Positions 62,128-64,000 of a stretch of 64,000 nucleotides of DNA are shown here, one piece after another; positions within the stretch are counted from its first letter, which is position 1; every line of letters starts with the position of its first letter. Where the stretch lies: positions 310,001-374,000 of the forward strand of contig NW_020845389.1 of assembly GCF_003704095.1 (NCBI RefSeq), read 5' to 3'. Origin of the DNA: Pocillopora damicornis (lineage: Eukaryota). Under the pieces are notes generated by a model. That model saw nothing but the letters and a program-made list of their open reading frames with translations. It was not told where the DNA came from and did no database searches. Position numbers and translations under genes: made by a program.

Positions 62128-64000
62128 CAGACATTGAGTGCTGGCTTGTCTATAATAGGCCTCGATGGTTATGCTCGACGATGGCTTTGGCTGAGAGAAC
62201 AAAGATCTAGAGAAAGAGAAAGGTTCCTGGACAGGAGAGGTGCAAAGTTGACTGAAAAGATCGTAGAGGTCTTGTACAATGACTTTATATGCGGATACAA
62301 ACCTTGTCTACTGAGACTGGTTTCTAGGGATAAGACATATCTGGGGATACAGCATGTTGACAATTTCCTATTGCAATTTTGAATTATAGCATTATTACAT
62401 ATTAGAATTATTTAACACTAGCCATACATATATTGCACTATAAAGCGTTACCAAAGGATATAGGCTTTATCATGTACATATCGCTTTATATATTATTACT
62501 TCAGCACATAACATGCCATGCATATATTCCACCAATATTTACATGTTTCCTCGTGTACATACTAAATACTACTTTAAGTACTATCGTTGGTTTGCAGCAA
62601 ACTGTAATTAAACCTTTACCCAGTGAGTCTGGCTTCTTCCAGTCTGGTTTCTGGTTCAGAAACAGTTAGAACTGACGAGCAACTTGAGGAAAACAAATAA
62701 AAATCACACTTTTCAGTAGACTTAGCTATGCTTCACAGACTGTAAATTAATGCACAGAGATAATCAGATAATAAACATGGTATTTTTCAATTGAGATGAG
62801 CTGAGTTGTAAATCACATTGATTTCGCACCTGTAATTGATGCTATCTAAGAAAAACTCAAAGTTAAGGTTCCCGATATCTCTAACCTCCTCGTATCTTGG
62901 CCCGGTGAAATAATTCGAGATACATACCCAGAGTTTGCGACATCACGTACAAAAATCAGTGGCGGCACACAGATACAACTCTATGGCGTTACCCGTTTGT
63001 GTCAATAACCTCTTTATCAACTGAAATATGTAAAGTTACATGTCTGAACTTATTCTTACGTCTTAAAATTTGCGAAACCTATAAAAAAAGTTTTAGCCCC
63101 GTAAACAAGTTTATCCAGGAGCCTCAATAATCAGTTAACCTTTCCTTGAGGAACGTGGAGTCAAACAATTGACAAAATCATAAGAGCACTTGCCCAATAA
63201 AATAGCAAAAAAGTAAAATTCAGCAAAAGGTGCCCCAGGCCCAAATGAAATAAAGACAGTCCCTAGCTCCAAGTTGAGCTTTCCGCGGGAAAACGCGAAA
63301 AACCAAGTCACGTTTGGATTTCTGTTTTGTATCTCATTGGCTGACAAGATGGCTGCATTTTCCTCGACCAATCACAGAGGGAGTTAAAGCAAAATCAGAG
63401 AAATCCCACATAACTTTCAACCCGTGCAAGCAAACCTCAAATAATTTCAATGATCAGAGATAGAGGACTTTCCTTTAAATTTTTAATTTCAAACTTTGTC
63501 TCTGACAATCACTTGCCAGGCAACAAGAACGAACTCTCTACCTTCCTATAATACAACTATTACTCTAGACATAATGCTCTTACATAGCAACTTGCAAATA
63601 CAAAACATTTTTAAAGTGAAGCATTCTTAGGAAGCCAAAACTCAAAACTAATTAATTTCTCCTAATCAACGAGTGCCATATATTTTAAAAAATCTTATGC
63701 TCTATATTCTCTAAGTTCTTTCAGTTACTCTTGTCGAGAACTGCACTTTAAACTCATACCAGTAAGTTGCTGAGTTTTGGTTAAAAATGCAATTTCTAAC
63801 AATCTCAATCGAAATTTACACATAATACAACATATGGTTCCAACAAAACTCCATTGAGCCGAAAAGGGAGGTAACCAATAACGTCTTAGTCGAGGGCAAA
63901 GCTAAAGGGGGCCTGAGGGTAAGGGATACCCACCCACATAACAGATACAAAGGAAACTTGTTTAACTACTACGCTTTCAAACCATAGTACTTCCAACTAA

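Overview
AT-rich, intron-containing eukaryotic DNA, very probably from an anthozoan cnidarian such as a coral or anemone (inferred from gene content). The window holds a tandem array of 12 secreted-protein genes, all on the + strand, built from cnidocyst (stinging-capsule) modules: a signal peptide exon, a phase-1 intron, dibasic processing sites, polyproline, short Gly-X-Y helices and minicollagen cysteine-rich domains (CRD, CxxxCxxxCxxxCxxxCC). Genes 1-6 (0.1-18 kb) are minicollagen-type with atypical ends. They include long Cys-containing helices with a 14-triplet period, a paralog that has lost its Gly-X-Y register, and a cysteine-free 'micro-collagen'. Genes 7-12 (21-62 kb) lack collagen and are multi-CRD proteins assembled from micro-exons. 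They carry acidic Ser-Gly (glycosaminoglycan-attachment-like) segments, His-rich tracts, a repeated 57-nt amphipathic-helix exon, one ShKT exon and a pair of alternative last exons. Also present are an intronic tRNA-Thr(CGT), a Penelope-like retroelement fragment with a minimal hammerhead ribozyme, MITEs, tRNA-derived SINEs and a 122-nt assembly gap. I built the gene models by eye from GT/AG sites and frame continuity; none is transcript-verified.
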